Source: Macrostomum hystrix (taxonomy: Eukaryota > Animalia > Platyhelminthes). From it: a stretch of DNA of 64,000 nucleotides. Location: contig CATNEN010000003.1 of NCBI GenBank assembly GCA_950097015.1, positions 11,160,001-11,224,000 of the forward strand. The letters run 5' to 3'. How positions within the stretch are numbered: position 1 is the first letter of the stretch; each line of letters begins with the position of its first letter. A model generated the notes under the pieces. It searched no databases. It saw only the letters and a program-made list of their open reading frames with translations, and had not been told where the DNA came from. A program made the translations under genes and the position numbers. This document shows positions 1-14,000 of the stretch, piece by piece.

Positions 1-729
1 TCAGCGCACTCTGCGGGATCTGGGAGCGGAGTGAGAGGCCTTCCATGCTCTTCTCTTCCTCCGACTAGTGCGCTTCATTGTACCTTTTATCCTTGTCTTT
101 TGAAAGCAAACAGTCAGGTGACAGCCTCCTATACGCACCTACAAGTGCATACAATGCTGCGCGCAACCTCAAAGAAGCCTAGAGCCCCTTTTCTAAATCC
201 CATTCTATGTTCTATCTAAGCCTATGCATTGTCTACGCATTGGCCCGTGTACATCTATCTGTATCTCTAGACAGAAATATCTCTCTGCCTATCTAGCCCT
301 ATAATGAAAGAATGAAACAATGCAAAGGATGAGGAAGGGACGAAGTGTGAGGAAGCGAAGTCTTTCTCTCGTCCCAATTGAGATGTTTAGATATTGTTGC
401 CATGGTAACCGGCCAGCCCTCTCTCTCCGCCCGATGGAAACCGAAGAGTGGGGAAGGCTGGCTGCCAGAACCCGCAGTAAAAAAGCTGCGAGTGAGCAGA
501 ACCACCAGAAGACCGTTTTGTCATTTACGGGATCTATAAAACTTTATCCTCCCGCTCGCTGCAGTATAACTAATTTATTCCGCTGCACGATGATAAATGA
601 TTAGATAGACGATAAATGATAAATGATTAGTCAATATACAGTGAGCAGTGGATAACCAAGAAATGGAGGGATAAAATATAGTTATTCAAAAAGACACAGA
701 CATGCTGCAAACCTTAAGCCCTATGAAAT

Positions 730-1410
730 CATTTACAGCCTCATTCACAGCTTGATTTACATTCACAGCCTCACTCACATTCACAGCCTCACTCACATTC
801 ACAGCGTCACTCACATTCACAGTCTCACTCACATTCTCAGCATCACTCACATTCCCAGCCTCACTCACATTCACAGCCTCACTCACATTCCCAGCCTCAC
901 TCACATTCACAGCCTCACTAACATTCACAGCCTCACTCACATTCACAGCCTCACTCACATTCACAGCCTCACTCGCATTCACAGCCTCACTCATATTCAC
1001 AGCCTCACTCACATTCACAGCCTCACTAACATTCACAGCCTCACTCACATTCACAGCCTCACTAACATTCACAGCCTCACTAACATTCACAGCCTCACTA
1101 ACATTCACAGCCTCACTAACATTCACAGCCTCACTCACATTCCCAGCCTCACTCACATTCACAGTCTCACTCACATTAACAGCCTCACTCATATTCACAG
1201 CCTCGCTCACATTCACAGCCTCACTCATATTCACAGCCTCGCTCACATTCACAGCCTCACTCACATTCCCAGCCTCACTCACATTCACAGCGTCACTCAC
1301 ATTCACAGCCTCACTCACATTCACAGCGTCACTCACATTCACAGCCTCACTCACATTCACAGCGTCACTCACATTCACAGCGTCACTCACATTCACAGCG
1401 TCACTCATAT
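730..1410. repeat. 18-bp minisatellite (CACATTCACAGCCTCACT)n, ~38 copies
   Basis: Direct tandem periodicity. It explains the spurious ORFs 686-1408 and 752-1438. Confidence 0.95.
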
Positions 1411-1568
1411 TCTTCTTCTTTTTGCGGTTAGAACTTAAATTCTGTCTTTGTTTTTGCAGTGCTTAAATATACACCATTTTTTAATTCAGTTTTTGCACAA
1501 GCATGGATCTTGGTTTTTACGCATATCTCATAGGTCATTTCTCATTTTGGCGTCACACCAACACCCCG

Positions 1569-1833
1569 CATCTCTGTCTGTTTCTCCCCTCATCTCTGTC
1601 TGTTTCTCCCCTCATCTCTGTCTGTTTCTCCCCTCATCTCTGTCTGTTTCTCCTCTCATCTCTGTTTGTTTCTCCCCTCATCTCTGTCTGTTTCTCCCCT
1701 TATCTCTGTCTGTTTCTCCCCTCATCTCTGTCTGTTTCTCCCCTTATCTCTGTCTGTTTCTCCCCTTATCTCTGTCTGTTTCTCCCCTCATCTCTGTCTG
1801 TTTCTCCCCTCATCTCTGTCTGTTTCTCCCCTC
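1569..1833. repeat. 22-bp pyrimidine-rich minisatellite (CATCTCTGTCTGTTTCTCCCCT)n
   Basis: About 12 tandem copies are visible. Confidence 0.95.
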
Positions 1834-2779
1834 ACATCTCAGAATTTATTTTTGCAATCCCAAAGCATGAGCACAGCATTGAGAATGTTGAGTCAGGCCA
1901 CAATAGGCAGCTTAAAGCAGTAGCTGAAGAGAGACAGAAAAAAATGCATCTGGGGACAGAAATTGAAGCTATACAATTAACACATCCCAGTATCTAGGCG
2001 CCAAATCAGCACAGCAATGAGACCCTCCCGCAGGTAAAAACGTTGCCAAAACTGCTCAAACCTGCTGGAGGGAGGAGGTCGACATGCGGCCCTTGGCAAC
2101 CGAGGCCAACACTGGGACTGGGATGAACTGCGCGGAGACGAGATTAGGGGAAGGCAGAGGCTGGATTGAGAATAGACTCCAGTCTGTCCAAAGCGATCTA
2201 ACGCAACCAATGCTCAGCCAAACCTGCAGACTTTGAGCTTGTCCTGCATGCCAACCTGCCACTTATGCACATTTCAGCTATGCAGCTTCAGCTCAGGGTT
2301 GCGGATTCATTTCGCGTTGCTAACAACAACAAAACTGCAGCCCACCCTGCTGGATGAAAATACTCACACAGAAACAGCAGACTTGCATATTACGAGCGTC
2401 AGAATGAAAGCATGCGAGATAAATTTACCAGATCAAAGTTAATCCTTTGGACTCAAATAAAAATCACAAAGCAAATTCTTACTGTAACATTGTTAAGAAG
2501 TGAGCATACATGTCGATTGGAACCTCATGGTGAATATCGCATTTAAACTAGATGGCAACAATATTCAAATTGATGTAATTATATATTTTATTAACAGCTC
2601 GATACATTAACAACTGTATATATTTAAGCTGTGCTCAACTCATTGTCTGCTTGAGAATGCTTTTTCGGGAGGCAATTCAAAGGCTCTCCTGAACCGCATC
2701 TGAGGAGGCTGGGGTGGCTGCAGCTGAGACTGCTCACAGTGTGCTCAGAATTGTCCTTTGAGACAAGGGTAGCATATTA

Positions 2780-3346
2780 TGGATTGTGGCTGTGGATTGA
2801 GGGCTGTGGATTCAGGGCTGTGGATTCAGGGCTGTGGATTCAGGGCTGTGGATTCAGGGCTGTTGGTTTAAGGTTGTGGATTCAGGGCTGTGGATTCAGG
2901 GCTGTGGATTCAGGGTTGTGGATTCAGGGCTGTGGATTCAGGGCTGTGGATTCAGGTCTGTGGATTCAGGGCTGTGGATTCAGGGCTGTGGATTCAGGGC
3001 TATGGATTCAGGGCTGTGGATTCAGGGCTGTGGATTCAGGGCTGTGGATTCAGGGCTGTGGATTCAGGGCTGTGGATTCAGGGCTGTGGATTCAGATCTG
3101 TGGATTCAGGGCTGTGGATTCAGGGCTGTGGATTCAGGGCTATGGATTCAGGGCTGTGGATTCAGGGCTATGGATTCAGGGCTATGGATTCAGGGCTGTG
3201 GATTCAGGGCTGTGGATTCAGGGTTGGAGATCAGGGTTGGGGGTCAGGGTTGGGGATCAGGGTTGGGGATCAGGGTTGGGGATCAGGGTTGGGGATCAGG
3301 GTTGGGGATCAGGGTTGGGGATCAGGGTTGGGGATCAAGGTTGGGA
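2780..3346. repeat. 14-bp minisatellite (GGGCTGTGGATTCA)n grading into a 13-bp unit (GGGTTGGGGATCA)n
   Basis: Tandem periodicity, with a unit switch near 3222. Confidence 0.95.
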
Positions 3347-3889
3347 ATACTGTACTGACACAGTCTAACACAGACATAGACTAACACAAACATTCATCTA
3401 TTCTTATACATGCCGATTGTTTACCATGACATTTGTGGGGCTGAAGTGCTCGTTTCTATGGAAACGGAGCCAGAGAAAGGGTCGTTTGAGGTCTGGATTT
3501 TGGTAAATATTTAGATTTTATGATTACGATTATGGGAAGGATTTAGGACAAGATTTTGGTAATCGAAATGAGACTCGGGATCCAGGTTTAGGATCTGATT
3601 AGGAAAGCCTCTTGGAGGCTGACTTTGGGATCACATGGTTTCATCTTGGCTAATTGTGATTATCAGTTTAAACAAATTCACTTAGCACTGGCTTTGCACA
3701 AAAGCTGCTGGCCCAGCGCAACAATTCATTCAAAATATGATCAAGCAACTCGAAATACAGCTGCTGCACAATGGGTGGCGTTTAAAATGTGAGCTGGCAG
3801 CTTTGAAGCAAGCAAATTATGTACTAAAATTCAAGACTCTTCGATTAAACTTGTTACAAGACAACTCAAAATAACTGGACTGAAGAGGC

Positions 3890-5586
3890 AGGACTCACTC
3901 ACAAAGCACGAGCCTGAAGTTCGATGGTCACTGGCCTGAAGTTCGATGGTCACTGGCCTGAAGTTCGGTGGTCAATGGCCTAATGTTCAGTGGTCACTGG
4001 CCGGAAGTTCGATGGTCACTGGCCAGAGGAGATAAAACTCACTCTCAAAGCACGAGCCTGAAGTTCGATGGTCACTGGCCTGAAGTTCGATGGTCACTGG
4101 CCTGAAGTTCGGTGGTCAATGGCCTAATGTTCAGTGGTCACTGGCCGGAAGTTCGATGGTCACTGGCCAGAGGAGATAAAACTCACTCTCAAAGCACGAG
4201 CCTGAAGTTCGATGGTCACTGGCCTGAAGTTCGATGGTCACTGGCCTGAAGTTCGGTGGTCAATGGCCTAATGTTCAGTGGTCACTGGCCGGAAGTTCGA
4301 TGGTCACTGGCCAGAGGAGATAAAACTCACTCTCAAAGCACGAGCCTGAAGTTCGATGGTCACTGACCTGAGGAGGTACGACTCGCTCTCAAAGCACGAG
4401 CCTGAAGTTCGATAGTCACTGGCCAGAGGAGATAAAACTCACTCTCAAAGCACGAGCCTGAAGTTTGATGGTAACTGGCCTTTATTTCGATATTCACTGG
4501 TCTGAAGTTCAGTGGTCACTGGCTGGAAGTTTAATGGTCACTGGCCTGAGGAGGTACGACTCACTCTCAAAGCACGAGCCTGAAGTTCGATGGTCACTGG
4601 GCTGAGGAGGTACGACTCACTCTCAAAGCACGAGCCTGAAGTTCGATGGTCACTGGCCTGAGGAGGTACGACTCAATCTCAAAGCACGAGCCTGAAGTTC
4701 GATGGTCACTGACCTGAGGAGGTACGACTCACTCAGAAAGCACGAGCCTGAAGTTCGATGGTCACTGGCCTGAGGAGGTACGACTCAATCTCAAAGCACG
4801 AGCCTGAAGTTCGATGGTCACTGGCCTTTATTTCGATATTCACTGGTCTGAAGTTCAGTGGTCACTGGCCGGAAGTTTAATGGTCACTGGCCTGAGGAGG
4901 TAGGACTCACTCAGAAAGCACGAGCATGTTCGATGGTCACTGACCTGAGGAGGTACGACTCGCTCTCAAAGCACGAGCCTGAAGTTCGATAGTCACTGGC
5001 CAGAGGAGATAAAACTCACTCTCAAAGCACGAGCCTGAAGTTTGATGGTAACTGGCCTTTATTTCGATATTCACTGGTCTGAAGTTCAGTGGTCACTGGC
5101 TGGAAGTTTAATGGTCACTGGCCTGAGGAGGTACGACTCACTCAGAAAGCACGAGCCTGAAGTTCGATGGTCACTGGGCTGAGGAGGTACGACTCAATCT
5201 CAAAGCACGAGCCTGAAGTTCGATGGTCACTGGCCTGAGGAGGTACGACTCAATCTCAAAGCACGAGCCTGAAGTTCGATGGTCACTGGGCTGAGGAGGT
5301 AGGACTCACTCAGAAAGCACGAGCCTGAAGTTCGATGGTCACTGGCTGAGGAGGTACGACTCACTCTCAAAGCACGAGCCTGAAGTTCGATGGTCACTGG
5401 CCTGAGGAGGTACGACTCACTCTCAAAGCACGAGCCTGAAGTTCGATGGTCACTGGCCTGAGGAGGTACAACTCACTCAGAAAGCACGAGCATGTTCGAT
5501 AGTCACTGGCCTGAAGTTCGATCGTCACTGGCCTGAAGTTCGATAGTCAATTGCCTGAAGTTCGATAGTCAATTGCCTGAAGTTCA
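3890..5586. repeat. Composite minisatellite of 22-bp (CCTGAAGTTCGATGGTCACTGG) and ~34-bp units with a 144-bp higher-order repeat
   Basis: AAAGCACGAGCC recurs at 3903, 4047, 4191 and 4335 (144-bp spacing), then mostly every 56 bp. Confidence 0.9.
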
Positions 5587-5827
5587 TATCCATATGAACT
5601 TTTCATATCCATATTTATCATCGCTTTGCAGTCGATCTTAGATACAGTTAAAATATATTATCTGGTTTGCTGTTGATTAAATTCTTTGCTTGGCATCCAC
5701 GTTAGGGTCGTAAAAACACAGCACATGCAGCATTTTGATCCACAACTAGTTTTTTTTCTTAGAATACAAGTTGAATCTAACTCGTATGCTGAAATGCGTA
5801 TTCACCTTCTTCTGCAGATTCAATCGA

Positions 5828-6381
5828 TTCCAATGATAACTTGATAGTCCAATGATAACTTTATAGTCCAATGATAACTTGATAGTCTAATGACAACTTT
5901 ATAGTCCAATGATAACTTGATAGTCCAATGATAACTTGATAGTCTAATGACAACTTGATAGTCCAATGATAACTTGATAGTCCAATGATAACTTGATAGT
6001 CCAATGATCACTTGATAGTCCAATGATCACTTGATAGTCCAATGATCACTTGATAGTCCAATGATCACTTGATAGTCCAATGATAACTTGATAGTCCAAT
6101 GATAACTTTATAGTCCAATGATAACTTGATAGTCTAATGACAACTTTATAGTCCAATGATAACTTGATAGTCCAATGATAACTTGATAGTCTAATGACAA
6201 CTGATAGTCCAATGATAACTTGATAGTCCAATGATAACTTGATAGTCCAATGATCACTTGATAGTCCAATGACAACTGATAGTCCAATGATAACTTGATA
6301 GTCCAATGATAACTTGATAGTCCAATGATCACTTGATAGTCCAATGATCACTTGATAGTTCAATGATAACTTGATAGTCCA
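5828..6381. repeat. 19-bp minisatellite (CCAATGATAACTTGATAGT)n
   Basis: Direct tandem periodicity. Confidence 0.95.
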
Positions 6382-6418
6382 AGGCTCACTTGATACTACC
6401 ATGATTATATTCAGTGCT

Positions 6419-8007
6419 TTACTCGTTCGATTTTCGCTTTCTCTGCAGCCTTTTTGCCTTTTTCTGCGGCTGCTCCTCGCCAGGTCTCTCAATATCTTGG
6501 TCTTGGCGATCTTCACCTTGGTCTTGGCGATCTTCACCTTGGTCTTGGCGATCTTCACCTTGGTTTTGGCGATCTTCACTTTGACTGCTCAGACGCTCAA
6601 TCTTCTGCTGCAGCCACTCCGGCAGCCGGCACAGCTCGTGAGTGATTCTTCTGCGCAGCCGCCGCAGCAGCTCCAGATCTCCGCAGATCGCCGCAGCAAC
6701 CAGAAGCTCCTGCTCATCTGCATCCTCCCTCTGAGCCACATCCCGGATCCAGTCCTGATCGCTTCCGTCTCCTGCTCCTGTCAGCTCATTGCGAAGAGCC
6801 CGCAGCAGAGCGTCAAAGTTCAGGTAGAAGAATGTTCCGTAGTTCTTCATCTGCAGCGGAAAGCAGTCGGTAATGACTTCGTGCTCAATCGGCAGCTTCG
6901 GTCGCTTGTCAAACTCGAAGCAGAATTTCCAGGCGGAGTCTTGGCTCCTCAGGTGCTGCCACACAAAGTCCGCAGTGGCCTCACTCGCCGACCTCTCAGC
7001 TCCCCAATCGATGCCTCTGCTCGCACTGAACGGCCCGCAGTCTCTTACAACTCTCGCTGCACTGAGTCGGTCGCCGAACTTCAGGCAGGCCAGCGCTCTG
7101 AGAGACTCTCGCGCTGATCGGGCGCAGTCTGGCAGTTTGTCGATCAGCTCTGCGAGACTCTCTCGGGTCTGCGGGCTGCGGTCTCCATCGGACAGACGAA
7201 GCACCGACTCTCTCACGATGTCGTAGATCTCGTGGAACTCGCATGTCTTGGCTTCTGACACGGGTCTGTCATCGAGAATCGGCAGGATGAGGAACGGGTG
7301 GAAGTGGAATCGTCCCGATTTGGTGACGGGTCGCAGACTGTCCTCGAACTGCAGCAGCAGCTGAGGCAGCTCAGCCATGGCGTCTCTCAATGCACCGGCT
7401 GCCCGATTCAACGCTTCGCTCACTCTCTCAGCTGATGTGGGCGACTTCAAGCCTTTCAGGTACACAGCGGCATCCCTCAGGAAGAAGTGCTTCAGGATCC
7501 GACCATTAGGTTTTTCTGATCTGCAGCCGCTTTCCACACCGGCAAGTAAAATCTGCAGCGAGCGTCTCGTGAGACTCACGAGATTCTCCGGCTTCCACTG
7601 CTCAGCCGGTGTCTTCTCCAGCATTCGGAACGTGACGGTCTTTGCGTGATAGGACTTGAAGCCGACGTTTGAGATCTTTTTCTTCAGCAGCCACTTGAGT
7701 GTGACGAACAGCTGGCCTTGCACAGTGCTGAGACTCCGCAGCAGTCGCCTCTCCAGGAAGCTGCTGCTCACTCGGAGCTGCTGGCCCCCCATTCCGGGAG
7801 GAGCTGCGTGCACCACGTGACATGGCGATGAGGCAGAGGTAAGGTCTCGCTCGAGCGACTGCAGCACGGACTGGGGGATGTTGGAGTTGGAGACTCTTCG
7901 TGGCTGCAGCGGCGCGATGGGAGGGTAGCGACAGAGGAGGCGGGCCTTGAAGTAGTTCACAGCCGGTCTCAGGGCGGAGCCACTCAGTGTCAGGGCTGGG
8001 TTGGAGG
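6419..8007 (-). CDS. Exon: C-terminal part of cGLR/Mab-21 domain 2, plus EDRQDQG repeats and a basic tail
   Basis: Motifs [10 protein letters not shown] and FKSYHAKT. Acceptor tttctccag| precedes 8007. The core is highly similar to 10241-11660. Confidence 0.85.
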
Positions 8008-11000
8008 CTGGAGAAATGGGAAATGCGAGAAGTATGGAAAATTCCATCAGCTTTCAAATAATTGTACAAAATACGTTTCGGATAATATTTTGTATCTGGT
8101 GATTCGCAAACAGTTATAAATTTAGTCAGTAAAGTATCAAAGGAAAGATTTTGAAAACCACATTGGTTTGCTCTCATACTTTGTTTGAGCTGCGGTTTAT
8201 TAGGATTTGGCGTTGATATGGGCCTAATGGGTTATTCTAATTTGCCCATAGGTATGACTTCCACAAGGCGTCCCTTGTGTTTTTACTGCTCTTATTTTTA
8301 ACTACAAAACGGAGCCTCAGTTACTGGGCCTCCTTACAAAAACGTCCGAACTCAATTATTGCAATGATTGTGGACGAACCAGCTTTCAGTGATGTTGGAA
8401 TGGCTGCAAAAGATGAACAGCGAAGCGATGCTTAACTGCCCAAGCAGCAATCTTACAAGGGCTACTAAAATTTACAAATCCAACTTTGAGGCCCAATTTC
8501 GCAGCCTAAGGGAGACAGCGGATGGAAAAATCATCCATGCTAAGCCATTTGCATAACAATTTAAAACTTTCCATTCTCCGGTAAAATTTGGAAAGGGTAT
8601 CGCTGCTAATGCATAGATCGCTGCATTTCGACTCGGCAGCCACAAGCTGGTCTGTGAGACACAGAGAAGAGCCAGACCAAGAGTAGAATACGAATGCAGC
8701 ATCTGCCCAAAGTGCCGGGCAGAGTTAGAGAAGCAAATCCATTTCCTGTTTTGATGCAACTGGGACAGATACAAAATATTCTGGAACCAATTGCAGCTAA
8801 AATGTCCAAAAGAGTTAAAACTTCTCTGCATGATCGTTCAAGAAGATGGAGAATTAACATAGTTACTGGAAAATTACAGAGCACAGAAGACGGAGGCATG
8901 AAAAACAGTTGCGATGTAGCCAACTTTCGCTTCCTTACCAAAAAGCGCTTGTTTTTATAACCAAAATAGTTTAATTTCTCTTTAAATTTGCGTTACTGCA
9001 TGATGAATACTCCACGTATAAAACTTACAAAATTACTTATCGAATTCATTTATCGTTGCTCGACTTCAGAATATATGTTTTAGCTTTTTCACAATTTATT
9101 TAATTAACTCATTTGAAAAAAATTAAAGTAATGTATATCAGCACCTGATAGTGCGTGCGCAATCTGACACCAATGATTATTAATATTATTATTATGTAAC
9201 TGACTATTTTTTCTTGCTCTGGCTCTGCATTTCAAACTTGAACTGAACATTTGTTTGTTTTCCTTGTTTGTTGTTTGCTTTAGAAGACCAAAGAAGATGA
9301 GCAAGCCAAACACATGCTCAATTCTTGTCCCACACATCCCGACAGTCTCTGGCAGGAAATTCTCACCGAATCCGGAGCTCAGGATGTGGCCATTGCTGAG
9401 CTCGAATGTCTGAGCAGCCTCCACTCGGTCGCACTCGCACACATCTCTCAGGTGAAACTGCCTTCCTGGAATCAGCTGAACAACATCGACGTCAGAGTCG
9501 CTGTCAGTTCTGCCATCCAGAGAGACCAGGCTGTTGCCCCAGCCTTCAGAGAAGCTACCTTGAATATACCAGCTCTCACCGTTCATTCTCTTGCTGAGAA
9601 CATCCTGCAAGACGTCAGCCACAGCGATCTGCAAGGCGGCTCTGGAGTCCATGAATCCCGACTGAGAGAGCTTGGAGTGCAGCTGCTGGCTCAGCTCTGC
9701 GTCGCTGGGTGCGGCTCTGAAGGGTGAGAGGAGGCGGCAGTGCTGAGTTTCAGTGAGGCTGGGGGTCTCTGAAGGATGAGAGGATGCGGCAGTGCTGAGT
9801 TTCAGTGAGGCTGGGAGGCTCTGAAGGGTGAGAGGATGCGGCAGTGCTGAGTTTCAGTGAGGCTGGGGGTCTCTGAAGGATGAGAGGAGGCGGCAGTGCT
9901 GAGTTTCAGTGAGGCTGGGGGTCTCTGAAGGATGAGAGGAGGCGGCAGTGCTGAGTTTCAGTGAGGCTGGGGGTCTCTGAAGGATGAGAGGAGGCGGCAG
10001 TGCTGAGTTTCAGTGAGGCTGGGGGTCTCTGAAGGATGAGAGTAGGCGGCAGTGCTGAGTTTCAGTGAGGCTGGGGGTCTCTGAAGGATGAGAGGAGGCG
10101 GCAGTGCTGAGTTTCAGTGAGGCTGGGGGTCTCTGAAGGATGAGAATAACCATTGAAATGTCAGTAAGCTTCAGCAGGCCCACTAGTCAGTGCAGGGATA
10201 AAAAAATTAGGAGTAAATGAGACTAATGAATGGTGCTTACTGAAAGCTCACGACTTTGTAGTTCCGTAACTTTTTTTTGTCAAACCACTTTGGGATATCG
10301 ATATTTAGTTCTATAAATTTGTTACGAAGCAGCTGTAGATTTGCAGGGTCATCGCAGCTCACAGAAGCCACAACCAGCTCCTGCTGACTAGCATCGTGTG
10401 AGAGCATGACTTCCTGGACCCAGTCTTGAGAGCGATAATTTAACAATTCTAAGCGAATAGCACACAGAAGGGCATCGAAGTTAATGTAGAAGTAATTTTC
10501 ATAGAATTCTAGCTTCAACGGAAAGCAGTCGGGAAAGTCGTGCTCAATCGGCAGCTTCGGTCGCTCGTCAAACACAAAGCAAAATTTCAAGGCGGAGTCT
10601 CGGCTCCTCAGGTGCTGCCACACAAAGTCCGCAGTGGCCTCACTCGCCGACCTCTCAGCTCCCCAATCGATGCCTCTGCTCGCACTGAGCGGCCCGCAGT
10701 CGCTCACAACTCTCGCTGCACTGTGTCGGTCGCCGAACTTCAGGCAGGCCAGCGCTCTGAGAGACTCTCGCGCTGATCTGGCGCAGTCTGGCAGTTTGTC
10801 GATCAGCTCTGCAAGACTCTCTCGCGACTGCGGGCTGCGGTCTCCATCGGACAGACGAAGCACCGACTCTCTGACGATGTCGTAGATCTCGTGGAACTCA
10901 CATGTCTTGGCTTCTGACACTGGTCTGACGTCGAGAATCGGCAGGATGAGGAACGGGTGGAAGTGGAATCGGCCCGAGTCGGTGATGGGTCGCAGACTGT

Positions 11001-14000
11001 CCTCGAACTGCAGCAGCAGCTGAGGCAGCTCAGCCATGGCGTCTCTCAATGCACCGGCTGCCCGATTCAACGCTTCGCTCACTCTCTCAGCTGATGTGGG
11101 CGACTTCAAGCCTTTCAGGTACACAGCGGCATCCCTCAGGAAGAAGTGCTTCAGGATCCGACCATTAGGTTTTTCTGATCTGCAGCCGCTTTCCACACCG
11201 GCAAGTAAAATCTGCAGCGAGCGTCTCGTGAGACTCACGAGATTCTCCGGCTTCCACTGCTCAGCCGGTGTCTCCTCCAGCATTCGGAACGTGACGGTCT
11301 TTGCGTGATAGGACTTGAAGCCGACGTTTGAGATCTTCTTCTTCAGCAGCCACTTGAGTGTGACGAACAGCTGGCCTTGCAGAGTGCTGAGACTCCGCAG
11401 CAGTCGCCTCTCCAGGAAGCTGCTGCTCACTCGGAGCTCCTGGCCCCCTATTCCGGGAGGACTTACTGAGTGACAGGGCGATGAGGCAGAGGTAAGGTCT
11501 CGCTCGAGCGACTGCAGCACGGACTGGGGGATGTTGGAGTTGGAGACTCTTGGTGGCTGCAGCGGTGCGATGGGAGGGTAGCGGCAGAGGCGGATGGCGG
11601 GGACTCGGTCCACACTCGGTCTCGGTGGTGAACTAATCCTTGATGTGATGACTTCGTAGTCTGAAGTTAATATTAGTTTTGCAAAGTTTTTAACTTTAAG
11701 ATAAAAACATGAAATAGTGGAAGAATATATGTATACTTCTAGCTATACATTTTTGTTAAATAAATCATAGAAGGAAATAAAGATGAACATCTTAGTTTTA
11801 GCTCGCTAGCTACTTTATATGTCGGTATATGTTGACCATCGGTAAATGGTACGTTCGTCACACATCTCAACAGCTTCGCAATATCTCAATTTTTAAAGTT
11901 CACAAATATATTTTCAAAACGTATGATAAATTCTTGCTGGGAGTATCGCGGTTAGCTAAAAAACGCGATAGCATTTTTATTAGCTAATCTGATGAAATTA
12001 TAATATTTAGACGAGGAATTGCATGCGCGGCTTAAGACAATGACGTTTTTGTTTCTATCAGTGAATTTAATTAGTTATCGGACGGGAATCGTCATTTATT
12101 GAAATTATGATTATCAGTATTTGAATTTCGGCAATATACTCAGAAACATTAAAAACCGCCACCCTAGAGCGAGGGGAACGGTTGATCTCAACTCACTGCC
12201 GCAAATTACGTAATGTGCACCTGACAGCAAGGAGAGCTACCGTGGGAGAGTGGGTGGGTAAAGGGTTATCGCGAAGTTCAAAATGGATGATTTAGCACAC
12301 TCAGTCAAAATGCAGCTAACGAATAATTAGTATTAGTCGTTATCTCCAAAGTGGTCCGCCACATGACCGATGGCGAGCCATAGGCATGCTTTAGGCCGGA
12401 ATGTCCATCCGAGCAGTAGCCCGTCAATTCGGCAGATCACCTACGACGATTCGCAGCCTTTTGCAGAAGTCCAGAGACACTGGCAGTGTCACGCACGCAA
12501 GTCGTGGAGTCCAGCGCCGTCATCTGCGCAGCACAGCAAGGGCTGATCGGCGACTGCTGCGAATTGTGAGGGGAAACCCCACCTTGCCTGCCATGAGTTC
12601 TCACATTAAGTTCGGCTTGTACTAGCAACATTTGTAATTTAATAACACACCCCAATTTCCATGCTACTCTCAGGTAGTTTGACTCTCTTTCGTTTCTCTG
12701 GCTACGGAGTCGGGGTGGGTGAGCAGAGTGCATTGCGTCATTCGCGGTTTTTCACCTCTCTCTCAGGTGCACATTGCGGCATTTGTGGTAGTGAGTTGAG
12801 ATGAATCGTTTCCCTCGCTCTAGGGTGGCGGTTTTTAATGTTGCTGAGTGTCTTTACTAAGTCTTTAGTATGTCTTTGTTGTTAAAACGAATTCCCCGAA
12901 GTACTGGGGAGCGGGTCAGTTCCGAGGAACTCTGCCGCTATATTTTTTTATATATTTAATCGAAATTTATTTAAAATATACAAGCGTTTCGATCTGGATT
13001 ATACGAATATTGAAAATAAAAATAAAACAATAAAACAATAATTCAATATTTGGCAATATTTGGGCACGCATTGGAAGATAAAAGGGGAGAAATATACAAA
13101 GGGAATCCCGCACAAAGAAGGGATCTAATAAAAAAGGGAAATCTAAAAGGCATGCATGCAAGATATTTGTGAGCGCAATTAAAAGCAATTAGAATATTTG
13201 TTAGCAAAAATAGAAAATAAAAATAGTAAATTAAACCATGAAATGCGAATTAAAAACATTTCTAGGCAATGCGGTACATATTACGTATAAAAATAGGCAA
13301 AAGTAAAAAGAAAGGATTTTTTTGGGAATTAAAAACTCTGGTGTGTAAAGAGCTAGCAGTTTATGAGCAAATAGCAACATAACAAAAGCAAAAAGTACTT
13401 TTTAGGCAATAAAATCACGTTAATCAGTTTGAAAAAACGTAAAGAATATAATATCATAGCAGCTGAGCACTGCTCACCAGCCCTCTTGAGCTCAGGCAGC
13501 TATTTGAGTTTCATTTTGGTTTTTCTTTCAGGGCCATAGTTGTCAGAGACTGCTCAACCCTGGATTTGGAGTCGGTTCTGCCTGTTGATTTGTCCCCGCC
13601 TCAGGGTAGCCCACAGGACATTGAGGATGGGGACTCGGCCCGGAGCGCGAGGCAGCTCCGGCTCGATGTGGAAGCCGTGCAGCCGAGCTGCTCTCATCTT
13701 GAGCAGCCAGGCCACACCGAGCTGTTTGACTCTGGCCGAGAGCATTGGCATGCCGGCCAGTTTGTGAAGGTACTCGGTGCTCAGGTAGGAAGGCACACCG
13801 TAGCAGATTCGCAGAGCAAGGTTCTGGATCTTTTGTAGCTTGATCTGGTTGGTGACGCAGATCAGAGTCAAGATTGGGGCGCCGTAGGTGAGAGCGCTCT
13901 CACCGTAGGCCCTGTACAGCATCTTGAGAGTGACGCTGCTCAGCTTGGTGATCTTGGCGATGCGGCACAGGGACATGACAATGGCCCTGCACGTGTTCGC

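Noticed and set aside
686-1438. VSEAVN / HSLTHI repeat ORFs
   Set aside because: An 18-bp minisatellite that is stop-free on both strands. There is no non-repeat coding context.
1977-2262. Possible further exon downstream of the cGLR gene (GA|gtaaag at the 6419 stop)
   Set aside because: No recognisable domain or convincing phase-matched exon was found.
3890-5586. CRISPR-like repeat/spacer alternation
   Set aside because: The apparent spacers are themselves repeated, there are no cas genes, and the context is eukaryotic.
13455-13515. Possible hammerhead in the LINE 3' UTR (CTGGTGA plus hairpin)
   Set aside because: The core deviates from CUGANGA and no GAAA follows stem II.
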